DNA from: Candidatus Aenigmatarchaeota archaeon
GTDB taxonomy: Archaea > Aenigmatarchaeota > Aenigmatarchaeia > CG10238-14 > SCSR01
NCBI GenBank assembly: GCA_038998335.1
Contig: JAVZHQ010000001.1
Span: 219,281-283,280, forward strand
DNA: 64,000 nucleotides
Direction of reading: 5' to 3'
Positions within the stretch are counted from its first letter, which is position 1; each line of letters starts with the position of its first letter. The position numbers and the translations under genes are program-made. The notes under the pieces are model-generated. The model was not told the origin of the DNA. It saw only the letters and a list, made by a program, of their open reading frames with translations, and searched no databases. Of the stretch, positions 47,409 to 56,958 are shown piece after piece.

Positions 47409-49088
47409 GTGATTAATTTCGAGAAAGAAAGATGGCTTGTAACAGCAGCCTTACCTTATGTGAACAATATCCCACATGTAGGTAACATAGTAGGTTCTCA
47501 TTTACCAGCAGATATTTTTGCAAGATTTCTAAGACTTTTTGGTTATGATGTTGTTTTTGTTGGTGGTACTGATGAGCATGGTTCACCAACAGAAGTTGCA
47601 GCTTTTAAAGCTGGGTTAAGCCCAAAGGATTTTTGCGACAAACTATACAAGGTTCATAAGCTTATATACGATTGGTTTGGTATAAGCTACGACAACTTTT
47701 CTAGAACTTCTAAAGAAATAAATCATAAGGTTACGACTGAGATTTTTTTAAGATTGTTTAAGAATGGGTTTATAATAAGAAAGAAACTTTTGCTTCCTTA
47801 TTGTGCGATAGATAAAAGATTTTTGCCTGACAGGTGGGTAGAAGGCACGTGCCCTTATTGTGGTTATAAGCCTGCAAGAGGCGATCAATGTGAATCTTGC
47901 ACTCGTTTGCTAGATCCTTCTGAACTTATAGAACCTTATTGTATAATTTGTAAAAACAAACCAGAAATAAAAGAGGTAGAGCATTTATTCTTAGACTTGC
48001 CGAAACTTGAAAAGCAGCTTGAAGAATGGATAAAAGAAAACAAACATTGGAAGCCTAACGTGAGAAATTTAGCTTTATCTTGGATAAAAGAAGGTTTGAA
48101 ACCAAGATGCATTTCAAGAGATTTAAAATGGGGGATTCAAATTCCTCTAGAAGGATTCAAGGATAAAGTTTTCTATTGCTGGTTTGATGCTCCTATTGGT
48201 TACATTTCTTCAACAGTTGAATGGGCTGAAAAGATTGGTAAACCAGAAGAATGGAGAAAGTATTGGCAGGAAAAAAGTTCAAAAATAGTTCATTTTATAG
48301 GAAAGGATAATATTGTTTTTCACACGATAATCTGGCCTGCTATTTTGATGGGGACTGGAGAGTTTAATCTTCCTTATCAAGTTGGTGGTTTAGAGTTCTT
48401 AAACTATGAAGGAGATAAGATTTCAAAAAGTAGAAACTGGGGAGTTTTTCTAGATGTTGAAAACGATAAGGTTATAGTAAAGGTTGGTGAAAAGAAAATA
48501 GATATTGAGCCTGATTATTTGAGGTTTTACTTAAGCTTGATAATGCCTGAGACAAAAGATTCAAACTTTGTTTGGAAGGAATTTGAAAAGAAGGTTAACG
48601 CTGAGCTTGTTGGTAATTTTGGGAATCTTGTTTTTAGAGTTTTGATTTTTGTTAGAAACAATTTTAATTCTACAGTTCCTGAGCCTGAAAAGCTGGGAAG
48701 AAAAGAGAATAACTTGATTAAAAAGATAACTGCTACAAAAAATTCTGTGAAAGAACTTGTTTTGCAACTTAAGTTTAGAGATGCCTTGAAAAAGATTTTA
48801 AGTTTGAGTAAGGCTGGTAACGCTTACTTCCAAAGCAAAAAGCCTTGGGAAAATCTTAAGGAAAACCCTGAAGATTGTAGAACAACCTTATTTGTTAGTG
48901 TGCATTTGGTTAAAGCTTTAGCTATACTTCTCGAGCCTTTTATTCCTTTCGCCTCTGAAAAAATTTGGTCTCAGCTTAACTTGGAAGGCTCAGTTCATAA
49001 GCAAGATTTTGATAGCTTAGATAAGCTTGATATCCAACCTGGACATAAAATTGGAAAAGTTGAGCCTTTGTTCAAGAAGTTTGAGTAA
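47409..49088 (+). CDS. metG: methionyl-tRNA synthetase (catalytic core)
   Basis: Class I motifs 'PYVNNIPHVGN' (HIGH-type) and 'KISKSRNWG' (KMSKS); Zn knuckles 'CPYCGY...CESC' and 'CIIC'. Confidence 0.9.
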   Translation: MINFEKERWLVTAALPYVNNIPHVGNIVGSHLPADIFARFLRLFGYDVVFVGGTDEHGSPTEVAAFKAGLSPKDFCDKLYKVHKLIYDWFGISYDNFSRTSKEINHKVTTEIFLRLFKNGFIIRKKLLLPYCAIDKRFLPDRWVEGTCPYCGYKPARGDQCESCTRLLDPSELIEPYCIICKNKPEIKEVEHLFLDLPKLEKQLEEWIKENKHWKPNVRNLALSWIKEGLKPRCISRDLKWGIQIPLEGFKDKVFYCWFDAPIGYISSTVEWAEKIGKPEEWRKYWQEKSSKIVHFIGKDNIVFHTIIWPAILMGTGEFNLPYQVGGLEFLNYEGDKISKSRNWGVFLDVENDKVIVKVGEKKIDIEPDYLRFYLSLIMPETKDSNFVWKEFEKKVNAELVGNFGNLVFRVLIFVRNNFNSTVPEPEKLGRKENNLIKKITATKNSVKELVLQLKFRDALKKILSLSKAGNAYFQSKKPWENLKENPEDCRTTLFVSVHLVKALAILLEPFIPFASEKIWSQLNLEGSVHKQDFDSLDKLDIQPGHKIGKVEPLFKKFE

Positions 49089-49121
49089 AGGATTTAAAAA
49101 TAGAACAAGAAATTAAATAGC

Positions 49122-49451
49122 ATGGCAGAAATATCTTTCGCTCAATTCAAAGAGCTTGACTTAAGAGTAGGGAAAGTTTTGGAAGCCGAGCAAATACCAA
49201 ACTCAAGGAATTTGATCAAGCTAATAGTCGATTTTGGAACAGAAAAAAGGCAAGCAGTTGCTGGGCTTGTGGGTTATTATAAGCCTGAAGAGCTTGTTGG
49301 AAACAAGTATGTTTTTATCCTTAACCTGGAGAGGAAAAAGTTTTTTGGAATAGAAAGTCAATGTATGATTCTTGCTGCAGAAGATGGTAAAGGAAATGTG
49401 GTTTTGATAAAGCCAGAAAAAGATATAGAAGAAGGAAGTAAGATAACTTAA
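49122..49451 (+). CDS. stand-alone tRNA-binding domain (Trbp111/MetRS C-terminal domain-like)
   Basis: 'LDLRVGKVLEAEQIPNS...LIKLIVDFG' OB-fold signature; separated from metG by three in-frame stops. Confidence 0.65.
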   Translation: MAEISFAQFKELDLRVGKVLEAEQIPNSRNLIKLIVDFGTEKRQAVAGLVGYYKPEELVGNKYVFILNLERKKFFGIESQCMILAAEDGKGNVVLIKPEKDIEEGSKIT

Positions 49452-49497
49452 ACTTTTTGGTTATGATTTTAAATTCTTTTCTTTTCTTTATTTAATT

Positions 49498-50655
49498 GTG
49501 AAGTATGAGATTTCTTTGATAAGGAAGTTTGACGAAAAAGTAAGAGAAATGGAAAATAACTTTGAAAAAATAATCAAGGCGCACATAGGTGACGTAAAAT
49601 ATCCTTATCCTCAATTTATAGAAGATGTTTTATGTGATTACATAAAAGGGAAGTATGATGGTGTTCTCTACAAAGGAAGCCCTATGCTTGGAAAATGGAG
49701 TAAGTATTCTCCGTTTAAAGGATTTCCTATAGTTAGAGAAGCGATAGCTGAAAATGAAGATGTTGAAGCAGATAACATTTTGCCGTGTGTAGGAGCGATG
49801 GGAGGTATTTTTGTAAGCTTAAAGGCTGTTTCTGAGCTAGGAGTGAAAAAAGTTTTTATTCCTGACGTTGGCTTTAACCCCTACTATATTAACTCTGCTT
49901 CACTTTCTGGTCTTAAAATTTTTTTGTATAACATAAAACCTACTAACGGAAGAGTTGAAGTTGAGATGCCTGAACCAGTAGAAAATTCTTGTATACTCAT
50001 AAACTTTCCCCATAATCCTACAGGCTACATTGCCGAAGAAAACAAGCTCGAGACTTTGATGAAAAAAGCTAGGGAAAAGGAGAATTGTTGGATTATTTCA
50101 GACAATCCCTATAAGCATATTTACTTGAGGAAAAAACCTACAAACTTAATTTCTCTTTCAAGAAAGTTGGATTTTAAAAATTTTGTAGAGATAGTGAGTT
50201 TTTCTAAGCTCGGGCCTGTTCCAGGAGTTAGAACTGGTTATATATACGGAGAAGAGCAATTCATAGAAAAGGCAAGTTCTATCCAGTTCAACACTCTTGT
50301 GCACCCTCCAAATTTGTCTCAAATTCTTCTTTATTTTTTCGCAAAAGAGAAGGATAAAATGGATAAACATTATGCAAGTTTAAGAGAAGAGATGAAAGAA
50401 AGGGAAAAAATTTTAGAGAAGTTGGATAAGAGAATAGAAAGAGTCCCACCAGACGGTGCAATCTATGAAATGGTAAGGGTGGGGAAAGATGACGTAAAGA
50501 TTTGTGAGGAAATTTTAGAGAAGAAAAAGGTTTCTCTCGCTCCTGGAAGTGGGTTTGGGAATAATGGAAAAGGTTGGACAAGAATAGCTTTTGGTGCTTT
50601 AGAGAGAGAAGAAATAGAAGAATTAGTGGAAAGGCTGAACGAGTTTTTACTTTAA
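49498..50655 (+). CDS. PLP-dependent aminotransferase (class I/II fold)
   Basis: 'NFPHNPTGY' and 'SFSKLGPVPGVRTGY' (PLP-lysine region). Confidence 0.65.
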   Translation: MKYEISLIRKFDEKVREMENNFEKIIKAHIGDVKYPYPQFIEDVLCDYIKGKYDGVLYKGSPMLGKWSKYSPFKGFPIVREAIAENEDVEADNILPCVGAMGGIFVSLKAVSELGVKKVFIPDVGFNPYYINSASLSGLKIFLYNIKPTNGRVEVEMPEPVENSCILINFPHNPTGYIAEENKLETLMKKAREKENCWIISDNPYKHIYLRKKPTNLISLSRKLDFKNFVEIVSFSKLGPVPGVRTGYIYGEEQFIEKASSIQFNTLVHPPNLSQILLYFFAKEKDKMDKHYASLREEMKEREKILEKLDKRIERVPPDGAIYEMVRVGKDDVKICEEILEKKKVSLAPGSGFGNNGKGWTRIAFGALEREEIEELVERLNEFLL

Positions 50656-50680
50656 ATTTTCTTAAATCAAAAAAATTTAT

Positions 50681-51151
50681 ATGAAGAAAGTTAGGGATTT
50701 CATGAATTGTAACGTTATTTTTGTAAGTCCTGAAGACTCAATTTTTAAGGCCGCAAAGATTTTTTGCGATAAAAACATCTCTGGAGCTCCGGTAGTAGAA
50801 GAAGGAAAAGTTGTAGGAGTTATAAGCATTTCCGATATAATAAGGTTTGTTAGCATGAAACTACAAAAAGCAGATTTGGCACAAATCCCTTCCTTAAGCT
50901 TGCTTTTATTCGATTTTATAAAAAGCAGTAAAGAATACTTACAAATGAAAAAAGAAATAAACAAGATTTTGAAAGTGAAGGTAAGAGATGTTATGAGTAA
51001 GGAAGTTGTTTCAGTAAACCCAGAAGCTAGCCTAATAGAGGCAGCTTCGCTGATGGAGAAAAATGATGTTAATAGGTTACCAGTAATAGAAAACGACAAG
51101 CTTGTTGGAATAATAGCTAGAGAAGACTTGATAAAGGCTCTTATAGAATAA
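50681..51151 (+). CDS. CBS-domain pair protein
   Basis: Two CBS-like repeats ('GAPVVEEGKVVGVISISDI', 'RLPVIENDKLVGIIAREDL'). Confidence 0.65.
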   Translation: MKKVRDFMNCNVIFVSPEDSIFKAAKIFCDKNISGAPVVEEGKVVGVISISDIIRFVSMKLQKADLAQIPSLSLLLFDFIKSSKEYLQMKKEINKILKVKVRDVMSKEVVSVNPEASLIEAASLMEKNDVNRLPVIENDKLVGIIAREDLIKALIE

Positions 51152-51620
51152 AAGGAATCCTTCTACTTTTTGGAATCATATTTTTTATACCTTGCTCAGT
51201 AAGCAAACTACTTCCAAGTATTTTATCCTTGAATTTAACTATGGCAAAGTTGTGATATTCACAGTTTATTTCTTTTTCCGGTTTAACGTCCAAGCCTTGC
51301 ATAAATTTTAAAACATTCTCTTCGCTTAGAATTGCTATGTTTTTTGTTGCACTTTTTCCAACAATTTGTGAACCTTCTATGGTTAAATGGATCTTTTCAT
51401 TTCTTTTTAATTTGCCGAAGTTAAAGCCTAAAGAATTGACTTTAAGCTTTGAAAAATCAAAACTTAAAACTTCTTTGCTTGTCAGCCAAATTTTTTCTTC
51501 CTTATCCTTTGCTACGCCAAAATCTTTTAAACTGATTTTTGCTCCGTAATTTTTTTCCAAAATTCTCTCTAATTCTTTTACTTCTTCCCTACTTAGAAAA
51601 GTTATTTTCTTAACTTGCAT
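51141..51620 (-). CDS. hypothetical protein, possibly the detached C-terminal domain of the upstream Nop2/Sun methyltransferase
   Basis: 159 aa; 5' end overlaps the upstream MTase gene by 19 nt in another frame. Confidence 0.3.
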   Translation of the reverse strand: MQVKKITFLSREEVKELERILEKNYGAKISLKDFGVAKDKEEKIWLTSKEVLSFDFSKLKVNSLGFNFGKLKRNEKIHLTIEGSQIVGKSATKNIAILSEENVLKFMQGLDVKPEKEINCEYHNFAIVKFKDKILGSSLLTEQGIKNMIPKSRRIPFIL

Positions 51621-52489
51621 ACAAAAAACCCCTCTGTTTTCTGAGAGGGAATAATTCTTAAAGCTTTAGCCAAAGATTTATCAAACTCTTTTCCTTCAAA
51701 CTCAGTTAAACCTTTAACACAAGGAAGTTTAAGGTTTATTTCCTCTAATTTTAAACCAAGCTTTTTAACCGCAAAATCTATAACCTCTTCGTTTTCCATC
51801 GGTTCTATAGAGCAGGTTGAATAAACTAAGGTTCCGTTCTCTTTCAAACATTTGGAAGCAGAAATTATCAGTTTTTTTTGCAAATTTTGTAAAGCTTTTA
51901 TACTTGTTAAACTTGTTTGTTGGAATATTCTTTCTTTAAGTTGACCTGTGCCTGAGCATGGTGCATCTAAAAGAATTTTGTCAAACTTTAAACCAAGTTT
52001 CCAAAACCTTTCTCCAAAATGCATAGTTATTATTGTGTTAGCAACTCCACATCTTTGCAAGTTTCCTCTCAAAGCTTTTATTCTCTTGTAGGTTATGTCG
52101 TTAGCGATTATTACTCCTTTATTTTCCATCATAGCAGCAATCTGAGTTGTTTTTGCTCCGGGAGCTGCACATAAGTCAAGGATTAATTCCTCAGAGTTAG
52201 GTTCTAAAACTAGAGGAGGAATCATGCTAGAAGCATTTTGAATAAAAAAATAACCTAGAACATGCTCTATAGTTTTTGCTAAATTTTCTTGAGTTCTTAC
52301 CCAAAAACCTTCTTTTATCCAAGGTATTCTTTCATATTCAAAACCTTTTTCTTCAAAAAGTTTGATTGCTTCGTCTACCGAAAACTTTAAAGTATTTATT
52401 CTAACATGCCACAAAGGTAGAAAAGGTTCAGCAAATTTTTCTTTAAAGCCTGGATAGATTTTTTCATATCTTTCTAGCTCTAAGGTCAT
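51602..52489 (-). CDS. NOL1/NOP2/Sun-family RNA cytosine-C5 methyltransferase
   Basis: 'ILDLCAAPGAKT' SAM motif, 'LLDAPCSGTG' and 'YSTCSIEPMENE' catalytic Cys motifs. Confidence 0.7.
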   Translation of the reverse strand: MTLELERYEKIYPGFKEKFAEPFLPLWHVRINTLKFSVDEAIKLFEEKGFEYERIPWIKEGFWVRTQENLAKTIEHVLGYFFIQNASSMIPPLVLEPNSEELILDLCAAPGAKTTQIAAMMENKGVIIANDITYKRIKALRGNLQRCGVANTIITMHFGERFWKLGLKFDKILLDAPCSGTGQLKERIFQQTSLTSIKALQNLQKKLIISASKCLKENGTLVYSTCSIEPMENEEVIDFAVKKLGLKLEEINLKLPCVKGLTEFEGKEFDKSLAKALRIIPSQKTEGFFVCKLRK

Positions 52490-52541
52490 AAAATTAAGTA
52501 AGATTTTTTATTATTTTAAACCAATTAATTATTAGAAGAAA

Positions 52542-53024
52542 ATGGTAGCCACAATCGAGAAATACCCTTTGGAGAAAAGGAAGATAATCAAAAAAACTGT
52601 AAAAGCAACTTTTTGGGCTTATGTTTTCTTCTTCATAGGGCCACTATGGCTTCACTTTTTTTTCTTTGAAATGTTTAAGTATCATCTTATTATTCTAGAC
52701 TTCCTTTTTGCTATCTTCCCAATCGTGGAATTTTTGTACCAGCGAGAATATTTCAAAAGATACTTTTACGACGCAAAAAAGGATTTCTTGGTTATAAGGA
52801 AAGGTGTTTTTATGCCAAGAGAAACTATTTTACCTTATGAGAAGCTACAAGATGTTTATGTCGATCAAGATGTTTTTGACAGGATTTTCAGACTTTATGA
52901 TGTTCATGTTTCTACTGCAACTTTTATGTCAGGGTTCGAAGCTCATATAGATGGTGTAAATAAAGAAAATGCAGAAGCAATAAGAGAAATAATACTTGAA
53001 AACATTCGCAAGAACAAGAAGTGA
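52542..53024 (+). CDS. bPH-domain membrane protein (YdbS-like)
   Basis: Two TM segments then 'YEKLQDVYVDQDVFDRIFRLYDVHVSTA'. Confidence 0.45.
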   Translation: MVATIEKYPLEKRKIIKKTVKATFWAYVFFFIGPLWLHFFFFEMFKYHLIILDFLFAIFPIVEFLYQREYFKRYFYDAKKDFLVIRKGVFMPRETILPYEKLQDVYVDQDVFDRIFRLYDVHVSTATFMSGFEAHIDGVNKENAEAIREIILENIRKNKK

Positions 53025-54465
53025 ATGTATGGCTGATTTAACCAAAAAGGTTTATAAGCCAGACTGTTTAAGAGGAGTTTTAAGTTATTCGTTCATTTTT
53101 CTGTTCGTTTTGTTAATATTTCTTCTTCCGTCCGGAAGGTTCCTCTTCGTATTTTTCTTGTTTATCCTTTTACTTTTTTTGATAGGAGTGTTTGTATTTT
53201 ACTTGCGCCTTAAAGTCCAATCTTATGAGTTGAGAGATGATGGAATTTTAATTAAAAGTGGTATAATAGCAAAAAAACAAGCTCTTGTACTTTATTCTGA
53301 AATTCAAGATGTGCAAGAGCAACAGTTTATCACAGAAAGAATATTTGGCATAGAGAATTTAACTATCCTTACTCTAGCAAAACTTAGGCCTGCTTCGCTG
53401 GTTTGCCTTAAAAAGGACGAAGCAGTCCGAATAAAACAATTTTTATTGTCCAAAGCTAAGATTAGTAAAGAAGGAGTTAAGCCTAAAGTAGCTACTAAAG
53501 CTATTTCCAAACAATACGAAATCCATCCCGTGAAGAAAACTTTAGCTGTGATACTTCCTTTCTTCTTACTTTTAATTTTTGGTTCTGGTATTTCTTTCCT
53601 TCTAGGGGTTGATCTTGTTCTCATAGCGATTTTGGTTTCTTTCTTTCTATTGTTTCCTATATTTTTCTTGGTAGGTGCCGCTATAGAGAAGATTTCTTTC
53701 AGGTTGTACTTTACAGAGGACGTAGTTTCTATAGGAAGAGAATTCTTGAGTAAGAATTTTGTGAATTTGCCTTATGAAAAAATCCAAGACGTTTCAATAT
53801 TTAGAGGCCCTTTTGACAGACTTTTAGGCTTTGCAGGAATTGTTATAGAAACTGGTGAAGGTCTAGCTTATGTAGGTAGTGGAAGAAGTAGATATGCTTT
53901 GAACATAATCTCAAACCTCTATTATAAAGATGCGTTAGAAATTAGAGAGTTTATTCTCAAAAAAAGTGGAATAAAAAATTTAAAAACCGAATTTTTGAGA
54001 AATGAATTTCCGCTGGAGAAAAGAAAAATTTTAAAAAAAAGTGTTAGTTCAACTTTCTGGCTGTCTTTATTCTTAGCTATCGCAACTTCTGTCATTTATC
54101 CACTCGGGCAATTCTGGGGCAGTTTACTTCTACGCTTTTTCCCAATTTTTCCTGTCGCCTTTTTCTTAATTAAACTTGTTTATGAAACTTTTTACTTCAA
54201 AAGTTATAGCTATTCTGATAACGAAGAGATATTAAGCTTGAAAAAAGGCGTGATTAAAATTACTGAAGTAACTATTCCTTACAAAAAAGTCGAGAATGTT
54301 TTTGTTGATCAAGATTTATTTGATAGGATTTTCAAGCTTTATGATGTTCATCTTTCAACTATAGGTACTGTTTCACAAATGGAATTGCATATCGATGGTG
54401 TTTCAAGAGAAACTGCTGAAAAATTAAAAAATTGGTTATTGAATAGAATTAGGGTAAGAAAATGA
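52996..54465 (+). CDS. bPH-domain membrane protein (YdbT-like, multiple repeats)
   Basis: Repeated TM pairs each followed by a 'Y-x-K-[IV]-x-[DN]-V...DRIF' element. Confidence 0.45.
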   Translation: MKTFARTRSECMADLTKKVYKPDCLRGVLSYSFIFLFVLLIFLLPSGRFLFVFFLFILLLFLIGVFVFYLRLKVQSYELRDDGILIKSGIIAKKQALVLYSEIQDVQEQQFITERIFGIENLTILTLAKLRPASLVCLKKDEAVRIKQFLLSKAKISKEGVKPKVATKAISKQYEIHPVKKTLAVILPFFLLLIFGSGISFLLGVDLVLIAILVSFFLLFPIFFLVGAAIEKISFRLYFTEDVVSIGREFLSKNFVNLPYEKIQDVSIFRGPFDRLLGFAGIVIETGEGLAYVGSGRSRYALNIISNLYYKDALEIREFILKKSGIKNLKTEFLRNEFPLEKRKILKKSVSSTFWLSLFLAIATSVIYPLGQFWGSLLLRFFPIFPVAFFLIKLVYETFYFKSYSYSDNEEILSLKKGVIKITEVTIPYKKVENVFVDQDLFDRIFKLYDVHLSTIGTVSQMELHIDGVSRETAEKLKNWLLNRIRVRK

Positions 54466-54689
54466 GGGGCGAATATACCGAGCTTACATGTCCTTTTTGT
54501 GATAAGGGAAGAATACAAGCGTGGTATATTCCAGGAGCAATAAGTGTTAAGAGAGGAAGCTGTAGAAGCTTGCCAAGGTTTACAAAACACAAAAGTTCAG
54601 ATGTTTGGATAATAAAATCTGGTTGCGAAGTTTGTGGTAAGTCGCAAGAGGAAGTTGAAAAAGAATTGAGGAGAAAGGGGATTATCTAG
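54462..54689 (+). CDS. small zinc-ribbon protein
   Basis: 75 aa with 'CPFCDKG...CEVCG' Cys pairs; start overlaps upstream gene by 4 nt. Confidence 0.3.
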   Translation: MRGEYTELTCPFCDKGRIQAWYIPGAISVKRGSCRSLPRFTKHKSSDVWIIKSGCEVCGKSQEEVEKELRRKGII

Positions 54690-54889
54690 AAAGTTTTTTC
54701 CAAGCATAGCTAAGAGTTTCGTAAAGAGCAGTGCAGCCCCCATAGACTACAAAAGAAGCAAGAATATCCTTTAGAGCTTCAGGATTTTTAGAGGCATAAT
54801 AGCTTAAATAACCTAAGGCACAAGCTCCAGCGAGGTAACCTAAGTTTTTGAGCTTCATGATTAAAAGTTAAAAAGAAAACTATAAAAAA

Positions 54890-55555
54890 TTATCGAACAA
54901 TTTTAAGTAATTCCTCTATGCTTTTAATTTCAAAATCTGCTTTTCCTCTTTCTTTTCTTTCTTGTCCATACTTTGCAAGTACAGTTTTGATTCCAAGCCT
55001 TTTCGCTGGTTTTATGTCTCTTTCTACAGAATCCCCAACTAAAAGAACTTCTTCTGGCTTAAGTTCAAGTTTTTTTAAAGCAAGTTTTAAAGGCTCTAAA
55101 CTTGCTTTTTCTTTTCCTGTATCTTCTTTTCCGATAAGAAAATCAAAATAATCATCAATTCCAAGAGCTAAAACTCTTTGATACGCTTTAAGCTTAGGAG
55201 CATCTGTAACTATTACAAGTCTTAACCCAAATTTTCTCAACTTTTTAAGAGTAGATTTAACCTTTGGGTAAGGTTTAAGGAATTTTTGTTTTTTCTCAAG
55301 GTAAGCGTTTATCCCAGCTGCTAAAATTTTCTCGCTTAGAAAGCCTTGATTTTCCAAGAATTTTTCAAAAGCTTTGTCTGATTCTATCCCAACTTTAAAA
55401 TAGGTTTTCATAAGTTTTTTGTAAGCTTTTTTAAAAGGAAGTCTCAAGCCTTTTTTTATCATTGCTTTAACAGCTGCCTTACAAGCTTCTTGCTTCATCT
55501 TTATAAAATCTATTAGAGTATTGTCCAAATCAAAAATTATTGCCTTGATTTTCAT
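54890..55555 (-). CDS. HAD-superfamily hydrolase
   Basis: 'IFDLDNTLIDF' motif I, 'LVGDSVERDI' motif IV. Confidence 0.55.
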   Translation of the reverse strand: MKIKAIIFDLDNTLIDFIKMKQEACKAAVKAMIKKGLRLPFKKAYKKLMKTYFKVGIESDKAFEKFLENQGFLSEKILAAGINAYLEKKQKFLKPYPKVKSTLKKLRKFGLRLVIVTDAPKLKAYQRVLALGIDDYFDFLIGKEDTGKEKASLEPLKLALKKLELKPEEVLLVGDSVERDIKPAKRLGIKTVLAKYGQERKERGKADFEIKSIEELLKIVR

Positions 55556-55588
55556 AAACTTTATTTTTGAATTAAACCTAATTAAGGA

Positions 55589-56044
55589 TTACGTAACGTC
55601 TTCCCTTGTAAAGATCCTTTCGCAAAAATAGCATCTTAACTTTAAAGGCTCTTTTTCCTCCACTATAAACTTTGTTTCCACTTCTTCATAATTTGTTATA
55701 CAGTTTTTGTTTGGGCATTTAATCACACCTTCCAACATTTCAGGCAAGGAAATTTTTCTTTTTTCAACAACTTTCCAGCTTCTTATAATGTTTAGAGTTG
55801 CAGAAGGAGCTATTAAAGCAATTCTGCTTACTTCTTTTTCTGTTAACTCTCGGTTTTCAACTTTAACTACATCTTTTTTTCCTAGTTTTTTGCTTTGAAC
55901 GTTCATTAGGATTACGCTGGTAGAATTATTTTCTTCTAGGTTTAAAAGGGATGCGACCTTTAACCCTAGGTTGGCTGGAATGTGATCTATCACTGTACCG
56001 TTTTCTATTTTTCTTACAAGCAATTCTTTCTCGCTCATGGACAC
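55589..56044 (-). CDS. pyrI: aspartate carbamoyltransferase regulatory subunit
   Basis: 'IENGTVIDHIP' plus C-terminal Zn site 'CPNKNCIT...CYFCE'. Confidence 0.85.
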   Translation of the reverse strand: MSMSEKELLVRKIENGTVIDHIPANLGLKVASLLNLEENNSTSVILMNVQSKKLGKKDVVKVENRELTEKEVSRIALIAPSATLNIIRSWKVVEKRKISLPEMLEGVIKCPNKNCITNYEEVETKFIVEEKEPLKLRCYFCERIFTREDVT

Positions 56045-56958
56045 ACCAGGTTCAAAACAGCCATTCTTACAGGAATTCCATAATAAACTTGATCGAAATA
56101 TTTTGCTTTTTTTGTTTTGTCTATGCTTCCCTCGATTTCAACAGTTTTTGGTAAAGCGTGCAATATTACAGCATCTTCCTTAGTTTTTTCAAGGATTTGT
56201 TGGGTTATCTTAAAACTTTTTTGAATCTTTTCTGCTTCATAAACATCTTCAAACCTTTCCTTCTGAATCCTGCAAACATAAATTACATCAGCGTTTTTTA
56301 TTCCTGAAATTATGTTGTCTGTTTGGATTATATCAGCGTCAAACTTTTTCAAAATTTCCATTATAAATTCTTCTGGAAATTCTAAACCGACAGGTGAAAC
56401 TAAGGTTAAACTAGCTTTAAACATAGCTAAAGCGTAAGCAAGGCTTTTCATAACTCTTCCGTGCTTTAAATCTCCAACCAAAGCAACGTTTAAACCTTCT
56501 ATTCTTCCCTTCAATTTTTTGATGGTATACAAATCTAAAAGAGTTTGGGTAGGATGCTGATTTGCACCATCACCTGCGTTTATCACAGGCTTTTCTGAAA
56601 TTTCTGCAGCAAGCCTTGCTGCACCTTCTTTTGGGTGGCGGATAACTATCAGATTGCAATATTTCTCTACTGTTCTAATCGTATCGATTAAGGTTTCACC
56701 TTTTGCTATGGAAGTCCCTTCAATACTTTCAAAACCTATCACGCTACCACCAAGCTTTTGCATCGCACTTGCAAAAGAAAGCCTTGTCCTTGTGCTTGGC
56801 TCAAAGAATAAGTTTGCAAGAATTTTTCCTTTCAGTAAATCTAGACAAGCTTTTTCAGCAAGCAATGATTCCATTCTTTCTGCTTCCTCAAGAATTTTTT
56901 CTATTTCTCTTTTTTCTAAATCTCTTATCGATATGATATCCTTTCCTTTGAAATTCAT
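56035..56958 (-). CDS. pyrB: aspartate carbamoyltransferase catalytic subunit
   Basis: 'FFEPSTRTRLSF' carbamoyl-phosphate binding motif and 'HALP'. Confidence 0.9.
   Translation of the reverse strand: MNFKGKDIISIRDLEKREIEKILEEAERMESLLAEKACLDLLKGKILANLFFEPSTRTRLSFASAMQKLGGSVIGFESIEGTSIAKGETLIDTIRTVEKYCNLIVIRHPKEGAARLAAEISEKPVINAGDGANQHPTQTLLDLYTIKKLKGRIEGLNVALVGDLKHGRVMKSLAYALAMFKASLTLVSPVGLEFPEEFIMEILKKFDADIIQTDNIISGIKNADVIYVCRIQKERFEDVYEAEKIQKSFKITQQILEKTKEDAVILHALPKTVEIEGSIDKTKKAKYFDQVYYGIPVRMAVLNLVCP

Noticed and set aside
49086-49124. Stop-codon read-through or selenocysteine recoding fusing metG to the downstream tRNA-binding domain
   Set aside because: Although both ORFs share a frame, three stop codons (TAA, TAA, TAG) lie between them; read-through of three stops is implausible.
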